The position numbers were made by a program, and so were the translations under genes. A DNA stretch of 24,000 nucleotides, from assembly GCF_024347215.1 (NCBI RefSeq), contig NZ_AP025282.1:245614-269613 (forward strand), in the 5' to 3' direction. This stretch comes from Aliamphritea ceti (GTDB lineage: Bacteria; Pseudomonadota; Gammaproteobacteria; Pseudomonadales; Balneatricaceae). A model generated the notes under the pieces. The model did not search any database. It was not told where the DNA came from and saw nothing but the letters and a program-made list of their open reading frames with translations. This document shows, piece by piece, positions 16,630 to 24,000 of this stretch (its first letter is position 1; each line of letters begins with the position of its first letter).

Positions 16630-17728
16630 GGCTGTTGAATCCCAGTTGCAGATCCAGCACTTGCATGGCGTCGCCAAGGGCATACTGGAGGGTTTTCATG
16701 TTGGCAGAGAGATCACGTAGCTGTTGCTGGGTGGCAGGCTGTTCGATGGTGCTGAACATCGGGCCGGGAATCGTCTGTAGCTCTTTCTCAACTGAGACAA
16801 AGTTAGCTTCGATGCTGTCCGCCAGGTCCTTATGACCTGAAGTACTCAGCAAGGCCTTAAAGCTGGCATCTCCTTGACCGGAATACAGATCATGCAAAGT
16901 AGCAACGTTGTTTTCAATGTTGCGTAATGAACGGCTGCTGCGCCAGGATTCGCTGCGGCGTGGTTTTACTTTGCCGTTTACATCTTTCTTAGCGGTGCCC
17001 AGAGGTCGGAGGATTTTCAGGTCACGAATCACTTCTACCGGTTCTACCATCGCCTTCATCAGGTCGGTGCTGGCTTCAATATCGGTATCGTAATAGCTGA
17101 TGCCATTACCCGGCTCGTCGAAGCTGGTGGCGTAATCCTGCCATTCCATTGCTGTATGCTGGCCCAGGTCGGCCAGGTATTGGCTGATGGATGCATTTAG
17201 ACGGCACTGGTAGCTGTTATTTGCAAATACCGGTAAGCCTGCTTCATCGAACAATAAGCGCTCAACGGCTGGCAGGCCTTTAACGGCGATACTGGCACTG
17301 CGGAAAAACTCTGCGGTAAGGCTGGTCTCATCCTGTTTACTGAGTAAGCCATTAATGTGTTTACCGGTTAGGTTCTTTTTGTCTGGCCAGTATTGCACAC
17401 TGAAGCTGCGCATCAGATTTTCGATTGGCCCAAAACGGACATGTTGAATGCTCTGCCAGGCATCCATTGCCTGATGATAGCTCTGCTGTGCAGTGCTTAA
17501 ATTCTCGCTGGTTGCGTCCAGGCAAAGTGCTTTACTGGCAGCGGCCATCTGAGTAGTGGCTTCGGCAAAATTTTGATAACGGGGCAGAACATGTTTTGCC
17601 ACTATAGTTTGATTCAGGCTGCGCCACTGGGTATCACTGGGTGCAGTGGCTGCCTGGGTTTGGCTCAGTAAGGCCTGGCCAAGCAGGGCGCTGCAAAGCA
17701 GTGAACGTGAAATTGCGCGTGTGATCAT
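16616..17728 (-). CDS. Imelysin-like protein (second copy, signature His replaced)
   Basis: 370 aa with a Sec signal ending QTQA|ATAP. The helix equivalent to the M75 GxHxxE motif reads GLPAVERLLF (Pro in place of His). The ATG overlaps the stop of the di-haem gene (ATGA, 17725-17728). Confidence 0.78.
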   Translation of the reverse strand: MITRAISRSLLCSALLGQALLSQTQAATAPSDTQWRSLNQTIVAKHVLPRYQNFAEATTQMAAASKALCLDATSENLSTAQQSYHQAMDAWQSIQHVRFGPIENLMRSFSVQYWPDKKNLTGKHINGLLSKQDETSLTAEFFRSASIAVKGLPAVERLLFDEAGLPVFANNSYQCRLNASISQYLADLGQHTAMEWQDYATSFDEPGNGISYYDTDIEASTDLMKAMVEPVEVIRDLKILRPLGTAKKDVNGKVKPRRSESWRSSRSLRNIENNVATLHDLYSGQGDASFKALLSTSGHKDLADSIEANFVSVEKELQTIPGPMFSTIEQPATQQQLRDLSANMKTLQYALGDAMQVLDLQLGFNSRDGD

Positions 17729-19266
17729 AGTGACTCCAGAAATGTGATCAGATTGTCCCTTTGTGGCTTCGCCATTGCGATAACCTTTTGTTTAGCGGCT
17801 TCTGCTTCGCCACCATGCCAAAGTACGGCTTCAAGCAGCGTGCGGGCGCGACCATCATGTAGAAAGTTAGCTTCTTCATTAACTAATTTAGTACGGCCAA
17901 TACCCCACAATGGCGGTGTCCGCCATTCGCTACCACTGGCAGCAAATTCCGGGCGATTATCAGCTAAAGCCTCACCCATGTCATGTAATAGCAGATCGCT
18001 GTAAGGCCAGATTAACTGCTCAGACTGTTCTGGCATATCGGCGCGTGTTGCGGTTGTAAAGCTGGGGCGGTGGCAATCGACACAGCCGCTTTCATAAAAA
18101 GCCTGTTTACCTGCCAGAACTTGTGGTTTGGCTGCATTAGGGCGCACCGGAACCGCCAGATTAGCAGTATAAAACAGTAGCCAGTCGATCATCTGTTGTG
18201 AGGCTTCAGCGTTATCCTGAGCGGCTGTATTGCCGTTCGGCAGTTGGCGGCAAACGTTCTGGGCTTCGGTACAGTCGCCATATGCGACAGGTACCATAGG
18301 TGTGGAGATACCAATGTCGTTATTGAAGGCGCCGTTGTTTTGCTGGTCTAAGGTAGGGTTACCTGCTTTCCAGCCATAGCGGCCGAGTGTAGTTTGGTTT
18401 TCGACTATGTTCCAAACGTTGTTAGGCCGGCCGGAAATACCGTTGCCGTCCATGTCTTGCGGGTCTGCCCAGCTGATAATATCCGCTTCGCTGATGGCGT
18501 CCAGCAGGCCCAGCCCGATCATTGGTGGGGCGATACGGACGGAAAGCATTGTGTCTGGATGCAGGGGGCCGCTACTGAGCTCCGTTACTTGATATTCAGG
18601 CTTACGCAGTACGACGGGCTGATCTTCATTCAGGGCAACAGTCACGGGCGTATAAGTCGTGTGGATACGCCCTTCAGCAGGAATACCTGTAACCGCAAAG
18701 TCTTGTAGCTGGCCACCATAGGTCGGCTCTGGAATAACGCCCATATAGCCGCTCTTGAGTTGAGCTCGCTGGGCATCATTCTGGGGTGGAATGCTCAGAC
18801 GCATCAGCAACGATATAGCGTTATCTTCAGGCCAGTTACTTTTGGGTGTATGTCCCCGGCCATCACGCACATGGCAACTCATGCAGGACCGGGCGTTGTA
18901 CAATGGGCCCAAACCGTCGCTGGCAGTCGTTGAAGAAGGGGATGAAACCCATAGTTTACGGAAGATCCCGTGACCCAGCTTGAAATCGAGCTTGTTTTCA
19001 AAAGCCATGTTGCCGGAAGGCTGCATAAAAATATTTCGGCTGGCTGATTTCCGGGTGGAAGCACTGCCGCCAGGCAGATGTTCTCCGGTTTGTGGCTGGC
19101 TAAAGTCGGTTGGCATTTGCACACTTTTGACAGGTGCCGCCGCCGTCACCGACGCAAATAATACAGAGGCTAATAAAACAGAAAAACCGGTCAATACATT
19201 ATTGACCGGTTTAATGCCGCGATAGCCTGCAAAGGATTGAGAATCAAACATCGTTTTGCGATTCAC
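17725..19266 (-). CDS. Di-haem c-type oxidoreductase / putative peroxidase (DUF1111 family)
   Basis: 513 aa. There are two haem c attachment sites, CMSCH and CVDCH, and an N-terminal signal (LLASVLFASVTAAAP). The start is GTG at 19266 or ATG at 19251, both with weak Shine-Dalgarno sequences. Confidence 0.85.
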   Translation of the reverse strand: MNRKTMFDSQSFAGYRGIKPVNNVLTGFSVLLASVLFASVTAAAPVKSVQMPTDFSQPQTGEHLPGGSASTRKSASRNIFMQPSGNMAFENKLDFKLGHGIFRKLWVSSPSSTTASDGLGPLYNARSCMSCHVRDGRGHTPKSNWPEDNAISLLMRLSIPPQNDAQRAQLKSGYMGVIPEPTYGGQLQDFAVTGIPAEGRIHTTYTPVTVALNEDQPVVLRKPEYQVTELSSGPLHPDTMLSVRIAPPMIGLGLLDAISEADIISWADPQDMDGNGISGRPNNVWNIVENQTTLGRYGWKAGNPTLDQQNNGAFNNDIGISTPMVPVAYGDCTEAQNVCRQLPNGNTAAQDNAEASQQMIDWLLFYTANLAVPVRPNAAKPQVLAGKQAFYESGCVDCHRPSFTTATRADMPEQSEQLIWPYSDLLLHDMGEALADNRPEFAASGSEWRTPPLWGIGRTKLVNEEANFLHDGRARTLLEAVLWHGGEAEAAKQKVIAMAKPQRDNLITFLESL

Positions 19267-19280
19267 ACTCTTATACAGTA

Positions 19281-19305
19281 CTGCGCTATCTTCCTGACAG
19301 CGCAG
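19281..19305 (-). other. Intra-cluster hairpin between the imelysin and di-haem genes
   Basis: CTGCGCT (19281-19287) and AGCGCAG (19299-19305) are separated by an 11-nt loop. No U-tract follows on the coding (minus) strand, so this is not a canonical terminator. Confidence 0.3.
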
Positions 19306-19326
19306 GCCTTTCGGGGTTTTTAGGGA

Positions 19327-20604
19327 TCAGTTAGCGACGATGGACGGGTTGTCCAGGCTGTCCGAACCTTCCAGTTCGATGTTTTCCAGATCCAGTGCGC
19401 CAATGATTTTTTCAATGGTTTTGGTTTCATCAACCAGGCCATTAACAGCGTCCTGTACGATCTGGTTGCCTTCAGTGTTACCTGCGCCGATCAGTACGTC
19501 GAAAGTTTCACCGGATTCACCGCGGTCAGCCATGACCTGCATCGCATCCTGAGTTGTTTTCAGTTTCATCTGCATTTCTTTGTCCAGCTTAGGCGCTTTA
19601 GCAGCAACCATGTCAGACAGACTAGGACCAGAAATAACCTGACCATTTACGCGGGTGTACTTACCTTCGTATACGTTCATGATGCCTTTAGCATCATAGA
19701 AGTGAGACCAGTGGGTATTGTCAGAGAAGCAATCATGTTCTTCTTCAGGATCGTGCAGCATCAGACCCAGCTTGGTACGTTCACCAGCCAGTTCGCCGTA
19801 TGCCAGAGAGCCCATGCCGGTCAGCATAGTAGACAGGCCACCTTTCTCGCCTTTAGCCATCAGATCGTTACGTGCAGCACCATCTGCTTCCCAGTTAGCA
19901 ACCATTTCTTTCAGATCAGAGATCATCAGGGTTGTTGCTGCCTGCAGGTACTGACCACGACGGTCGCAGTTACCGCCGGTGCAGTTGTTTACATCAAAAT
20001 CTGTAGCAGGACGGTTACCCGCGCCTTTTTCAGTTCCGTTCAGATCCTGGCCCCACAACAAGAATTCAATTGCGTGGTAACCGCTGGCAACATTCGCTTC
20101 AACGCCGTCTACTTCTTGTAGCTGTTCAGCAAGCAGAGAAGGCGTAATAGTTGTCGCGTCGATTTCTGTGCCACCGATAGACAGCTTAGCGTTAGCAATT
20201 ACGTTTGCTGCGTATGCTGGGTTTTCGTCAGACTCTGCGCCGTAGCTGGAAGCATCAACGTAATCGATCAGGCCTTCATCCAGTGGCCATGCGTTTACTT
20301 TACCTTCCCAGTCATCAACGATTGCGTTACCGAAACGGTAAACTTCAGACTGCTGGTAAGGAACACGGGCAGCAACCCAAGCTTCACGTGCAGCTTTCAG
20401 CGTTGCATCAGAAGGGTTAGCCAACAGCTTTTCGATGCTGCTCTGCAGAGTCATTGCAGTGTTCAGAGAGTCTTCATACTTTGCCTGAGCGATATTGGCA
20501 TAGTTGTCCAGAACTGCCTGAGCAGATACGTCTTTAGCGAATGCCTGGCCGCCAGCAGCCAGCATTGCAACCGTCAGAGCGGCAGGTGCGAAAAGCTTTT
20601 TCAT
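19327..20604 (-). CDS. Imelysin-family protein (peptidase M75 / IrpA-like, iron-regulated protein A type)
   Basis: I call the start at ATG 20604 (MKKLFAPAALTVAMLAAGGQAFA|KDV, a clean Sec signal) rather than the track's 20715, whose extra 37 aa are non-signal-like. The GYHAIEFLLWGQD signature (GxHxxE) is present. Confidence 0.85.
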   Translation of the reverse strand: MKKLFAPAALTVAMLAAGGQAFAKDVSAQAVLDNYANIAQAKYEDSLNTAMTLQSSIEKLLANPSDATLKAAREAWVAARVPYQQSEVYRFGNAIVDDWEGKVNAWPLDEGLIDYVDASSYGAESDENPAYAANVIANAKLSIGGTEIDATTITPSLLAEQLQEVDGVEANVASGYHAIEFLLWGQDLNGTEKGAGNRPATDFDVNNCTGGNCDRRGQYLQAATTLMISDLKEMVANWEADGAARNDLMAKGEKGGLSTMLTGMGSLAYGELAGERTKLGLMLHDPEEEHDCFSDNTHWSHFYDAKGIMNVYEGKYTRVNGQVISGPSLSDMVAAKAPKLDKEMQMKLKTTQDAMQVMADRGESGETFDVLIGAGNTEGNQIVQDAVNGLVDETKTIEKIIGALDLENIELEGSDSLDNPSIVAN

Positions 20605-20702
20605 GAGTCCAATTTTCCTGTAAGTAGGATTACGATCCGTAATAGTAGGCGGAAGGTTAATTGAAACAAGAATGATTCGCAATAGGATTTTTAATTGGCT
20701 AT

Positions 20703-20714
20703 TGATCCGGATCA
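20703..20714. promoter_or_regulatory. 12-bp perfect palindrome upstream of the imelysin cluster (possible operator)
   Basis: TGATCCGGATCA lies about 100 bp upstream of the imelysin ATG, in the 260-bp AT-rich divergent region. Confidence 0.25.
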
Positions 20715-20864
20715 TAAATCAGTCAGATAAAGTGTTTGAAATCAGTATGTCAGTGTTTATGTGAAATTTAAGTCGCAAAAATTAATACGATTGATTGCTA
20801 TTCATATTGCCGTAGCGGTGTGAGGAAAACATTGATCTGAGTAGGTATTCCTGCAAACAATGGG

Positions 20865-21191
20865 ATGAAGTTAACGAAAAGGACAATGGAAATGGAAATT
20901 TTGGTATTTATTGCGCTGGATATTGTTTTCAGCGGTGCTTCGCTGTGGGTTGCCAGTAAGCTTGTATCGGTTGAACTGAGCTTTGCTCAGATTCTGATAG
21001 CTGTTGCTACTGCGTCTATGGTGGCCATGCTACCTATACCTGTGTTTGGCTGGTTACTATCAGTTGCGCTGCTGTTCTTTTTGTTGAAGCGTTTCAGTGA
21101 TGCCAATGTCTGGCCGGATTTGATTTTGCTGGTGATCGTTGGTCGTCTGGTTAGTTTTCTGGCGCTGATAAGTCTGGGCGGTATACTTTAA
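20865..21191 (+). CDS. Small hypothetical integral membrane protein (about 3 TM helices)
   Basis: 108 aa and almost entirely hydrophobic (ILVFIALDIVFSGASLWVA / ILIAVATASMVAMLPIPVFGWLLSVALLFFLL / LILLVIVGRLVSFLALISLGG). The AAAAGGA Shine-Dalgarno at 20877-20883 favours a start at ATG 20886 or 20892 over 20865. Confidence 0.55.
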   Translation: MKLTKRTMEMEILVFIALDIVFSGASLWVASKLVSVELSFAQILIAVATASMVAMLPIPVFGWLLSVALLFFLLKRFSDANVWPDLILLVIVGRLVSFLALISLGGIL

Positions 21192-21217
21192 CTATACAGT
21201 TATTCAGAACCTTACCG

Positions 21218-21736
21218 GTGAATCCGATGCTGACTGATTTGCACGGTTTATGTCGTTACATGGCCTGGTCTAACCGGGTGTTTTATCAGGCTGTGGCTGC
21301 ATTGCCTGAGGGTGAAGCTGAACGGCACCGTCCCATGCTGTTTGGCAGCATTCTAAATCTGTTGCATCACGTTTATGCGATGGATGTGGTGTGGCAGCAA
21401 CATATGATTGCCGGTTCCCATGACTATGAAAAACGTAATCCGCCAGCCTGCTCTTTTACAGAGCTACAACAGAAGCAGGCAATCCTGGATGACTGGTTTG
21501 TTGATCATGTGGCACATTTAAGTCGGGCGCAGTCCTGCGAGGTAATTGAGTTTGAGTTTATTGGTGGTGGTTTGGGAAAAATGACCCGTGCTGCGATGAT
21601 TCAGCATGTAGTGAATCACACCTCTTATCATCGTGGGCATATCGAAGGAGTGTTTTATCAGTTGGGTGTTGAGCCGCCCACCACTGATATTCCGGTATTC
21701 CTCCGGAATAACTGTGATGGGTTCAATGGCTGTTAA
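21218..21736 (+). CDS. DinB-family (DinB/YfiT-like four-helix-bundle metalloenzyme) protein
   Basis: 172 aa. The His triad pattern is LLHHVYAMD ... IQHVVNHTSYHRGH. The start is GTG at 21218 or ATG at 21227. It lies 26 nt after the small membrane protein gene. Confidence 0.82.
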   Translation: MNPMLTDLHGLCRYMAWSNRVFYQAVAALPEGEAERHRPMLFGSILNLLHHVYAMDVVWQQHMIAGSHDYEKRNPPACSFTELQQKQAILDDWFVDHVAHLSRAQSCEVIEFEFIGGGLGKMTRAAMIQHVVNHTSYHRGHIEGVFYQLGVEPPTTDIPVFLRNNCDGFNGC

Positions 21737-24000
21737 CCTGATTTAAGCAAGCGATAACTATCGGTCAGGCTGAGGTTGGTACGAATAAGGCTACCTAAAC
21801 CTGCAAAGATTGCCGTGGCAATCAGTGGCAGACAAAGCCACATCCATGGATGCAGAACGACTTCAAGTTCGAATACCAGTGTATTGATTAGTCCCAGCAG
21901 AAACTCTGCAATCAATACCGCGATGGCACCGCAGGTGAGCCCTAATAATGTGAACTCCAGACGATCCAGCTGACGGGTCTGTTTGGCTGATGCTCCCAGT
22001 GTTTGCAGCATGGCCCCTTCATAACGGCGCTGAGCAAGTTCTTGCTGCAAGATAGTGATCAGCATAATGGCACCGCTGAGCAGAGTCAGCAGCATGATCA
22101 GGGTTGCCGCGGCGCTAAGCCGGTCGATAATGCCCTGAGCACGCACAATTAAGCGGTCAATATCGATCAGTGTAATAGTCGGGAACGCTTTAATCAGGGC
22201 ATTACTCAAATGCTTTTGCTCTGGCTTCAGCTGGAAACTGGTAATCAGTGTTGCCGGTAGCTGATCCAGCATACCCGGGGCGAAAATCAGATAGAAAGTC
22301 GGTTGGTAAGAATCCCAGTTTACTTCTCGGATACTGGTGACAGCACCGCTGATGGTTTGCCCGGCAATGCTGAATCCTACTTCGTCCCCCAGTTTGATGC
22401 CCAGCTCATCAGCCAGCTCAGCTTCAATGGATATTCCCTGTTCTTCACCGTGCCAGTTGCCACTGAGAATCTTATTGTGATCTGGCAGTTCGGAACGCCA
22501 GGTTAGGTTCAGTTCCCGCTGCAGAGCATGATGCTTCTGCTGTTCCTCATTGAGTACGCTGCCGGTAGATTGCTGGTTTATCTCGGTTAACCGGCCCCGC
22601 ACCATTGGATAGATATTGGCATTAATCTGATTGTCGTCGAGCCAGTTGGTAAAACGTTCACCTTCCCATGGCTGAATATTAAGAACCACGTTGTTTGGGG
22701 CGTCTACTGGCAGTTGAGCCTGCCACTGGTTCAGCAGTTCATTGCGGGTCAGTAGCAGTACCGCCATGATTGCCAGAAGTACGGAAAATACACCTGCCTG
22801 GAGCTTATGCCAGTGACGTTGCTGACGCAGGCGCAATGTCAGTAATGCGCTCAAACGCAGTTTTTGCCTGGCAGCTGCAGCACTGAACAACAGTGCCTTT
22901 TGTGCCAGACTGCCGGCAATCCAGCCGAGAATCAGCAAAGCGCTTGTAGCGATAAGCGGCAATGCAACAGAACCGATATACAGACTGATTACCATAATTA
23001 GCAGGGCTGTACAGAGCAGATACAGCCAGCGGCTGGTTCGCTGAGATACATCTGAGCGGATCATTTGCATGATGGATACTTTACCCAGCGGTAATAAAGT
23101 TGGCAGGCCTAATGCAAACAGAATCACCAGTGCCAGTAACGGGCTGGTAATTACAGAACTGATGGCCAGTGGTGCCGGATTACGGATAAATTCACTGAGC
23201 TGGGCAATCAGCAATTCATGCATCAGGTAACCTGTAAGTGCCCCCAACACGGCGGCAAACAGCCAGCCGGCAAACAGCTGTAAGGTATACAGCCAGCCTA
23301 ACTGGCGAGGGGATAACCCAAGGCTTAGCAGCAAGGCACAGCGGTTATGCTGATCTGCTGCATAGCGCTGTAAGCTGAGCAAAATGGCCACGGCTCCGAG
23401 CAAAATCGCCATCAGCGCGCTGAGCTTCAGATACTGGTTGGCATTCCCCATCGCGTTGCCATCGATTTCACGTTCTTTGCTGGCGCTGAATATTCTTTGA
23501 TGGCTGGGAAGGTTTGCCTGCCACTGACTTTCCAGTTCATTAATCAGAGGCTGCGGGCCGGCAATCATCAGACGGAATCCTGCCCGGCTGCCTGGTGCCA
23601 TGATACCTGTCGCTTCCAGCTGGTCAGCACGCATGATGATCTGTGGATTAAAACGGGAGAAACCGCCGCCCTGTACAGGGCTGTCAACCAGCACATGGCT
23701 GACGGTAAATTCGCTATAGCCTAAATAAATTTTATCGCCCAGTTCTATATTCAGCCGGTCCAGCAAAGCTTGCTCAGTCCAGACCGTATTCAGATCGGGT
23801 GTTGGCGGGTGCTCTGCCGGCAGCGTGTTTATTTTGCCCCGTAACGGATAAGGGGCCTCCACTGCGCGAATAGTGCTCAATACGTTCTGTTCGTCAGTTT
23901 CAGCCATGCTGATGAACTGTGTCAGTGTGGTGGTGCGCAGTGCCGGGTCGAGCGTTTCGGTACGTTGCTGAAGCTCAATTGGCCGGCTACTGCTAAGGAT
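21733..24000 (-). CDS. ybbP: YbbP-type ABC-transporter permease with two FtsX domains; the N-terminus lies beyond the right window edge
   Basis: The track's ATG at 23907 is internal. The same frame stays open to position 24000 (...ILSSSRPIELQQRTETLDPALRTTTLTQFIS-MAETDEQ...). There are two blocks of FtsX-like TM helices separated by a soluble domain containing ALQRELNLTWRSELPDHNKILSGNW, which parallels E. coli YbbP as I recall it. Confidence 0.85.
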   Translation of the reverse strand: MLSSSRPIELQQRTETLDPALRTTTLTQFISMAETDEQNVLSTIRAVEAPYPLRGKINTLPAEHPPTPDLNTVWTEQALLDRLNIELGDKIYLGYSEFTVSHVLVDSPVQGGGFSRFNPQIIMRADQLEATGIMAPGSRAGFRLMIAGPQPLINELESQWQANLPSHQRIFSASKEREIDGNAMGNANQYLKLSALMAILLGAVAILLSLQRYAADQHNRCALLLSLGLSPRQLGWLYTLQLFAGWLFAAVLGALTGYLMHELLIAQLSEFIRNPAPLAISSVITSPLLALVILFALGLPTLLPLGKVSIMQMIRSDVSQRTSRWLYLLCTALLIMVISLYIGSVALPLIATSALLILGWIAGSLAQKALLFSAAAARQKLRLSALLTLRLRQQRHWHKLQAGVFSVLLAIMAVLLLTRNELLNQWQAQLPVDAPNNVVLNIQPWEGERFTNWLDDNQINANIYPMVRGRLTEINQQSTGSVLNEEQQKHHALQRELNLTWRSELPDHNKILSGNWHGEEQGISIEAELADELGIKLGDEVGFSIAGQTISGAVTSIREVNWDSYQPTFYLIFAPGMLDQLPATLITSFQLKPEQKHLSNALIKAFPTITLIDIDRLIVRAQGIIDRLSAAATLIMLLTLLSGAIMLITILQQELAQRRYEGAMLQTLGASAKQTRQLDRLEFTLLGLTCGAIAVLIAEFLLGLINTLVFELEVVLHPWMWLCLPLIATAIFAGLGSLIRTNLSLTDSYRLLKSG

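Noticed and set aside
20605-20715. A 5' extension of the imelysin ORF (37 codons: MIRINSQLKILLRIILVSINLPPTITDRNPTYRKIGL).
   Set aside because: The internal ATG at 20604 gives a textbook Sec signal (MKKLFAPAALTVAMLAAGGQAFA). The extension runs through AT-rich promoter-like DNA, and its ATG is part of the TGATCCGGATCA palindrome.
1-24000. I looked for mobile elements, CRISPR repeats, tRNA/rRNA, long direct or inverted repeats, composition shifts, and defence-system hallmarks (nucleases, ATPases, methyltransferases, toxin-antitoxin pairs).
   Set aside because: I recognised none. Genes are contiguous, composition is even by eye, and all large ORFs are accounted for by housekeeping, envelope and signalling functions. 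A computed GC or k-mer skew profile and a repeat search would be needed to exclude subtle signals.

Overview
This is a gammaproteobacterial-looking chromosomal segment with uniform composition and dense co-linear genes. I saw no transposase, integrase, tRNA, rRNA, CRISPR array or long repeat, so it reads as core genome rather than an accessory island. All product calls rest on motifs I could read in the ORF translations; no database search was possible.

Gene content, left to right:
- A truncated upstream CDS overlapping a small Tat-signal type-1 copper cupredoxin.
- A dCache/HAMP methyl-accepting chemotaxis protein.
- A cupin and an RstA-like OmpR-family response regulator, divergent from a glycine-zipper lipoprotein and an RstB-like histidine kinase.
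- tag, yheV and prlC.
- A YrdA-like gamma-carbonic-anhydrase-fold protein, a GNAT acetyltransferase, and creB-creC-creD. GNAT/creB and creB/creC have overlapping stop and start codons.
- An orphan lipoprotein and an M48 (HExxH) lipoprotein protease.
- A four-gene exported cluster: imelysin, di-haem DUF1111, imelysin-like, Tat-DUF1513.
- A small three-TM protein and a DinB-family protein.
- The C-terminal roughly 750 codons of a YbbP-type double-FtsX permease that runs off the right edge.

The least understood unit is the imelysin/di-haem/DUF1513 cluster. It is a recurrent neighbourhood that I recall being linked to iron, but it has no established mechanism and no permease next to it here. It is not a never-seen system.

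Smaller observations:
- An RstA-box-like 10-bp-phased direct repeat in the divergent promoter region of the first two-component system.
- 11-bp-phased nnCAC pentamers (cre-tag-like) in front of creD.
- Three strong hairpins between gene ends.
- Several start-codon corrections relative to the longest-ORF track.
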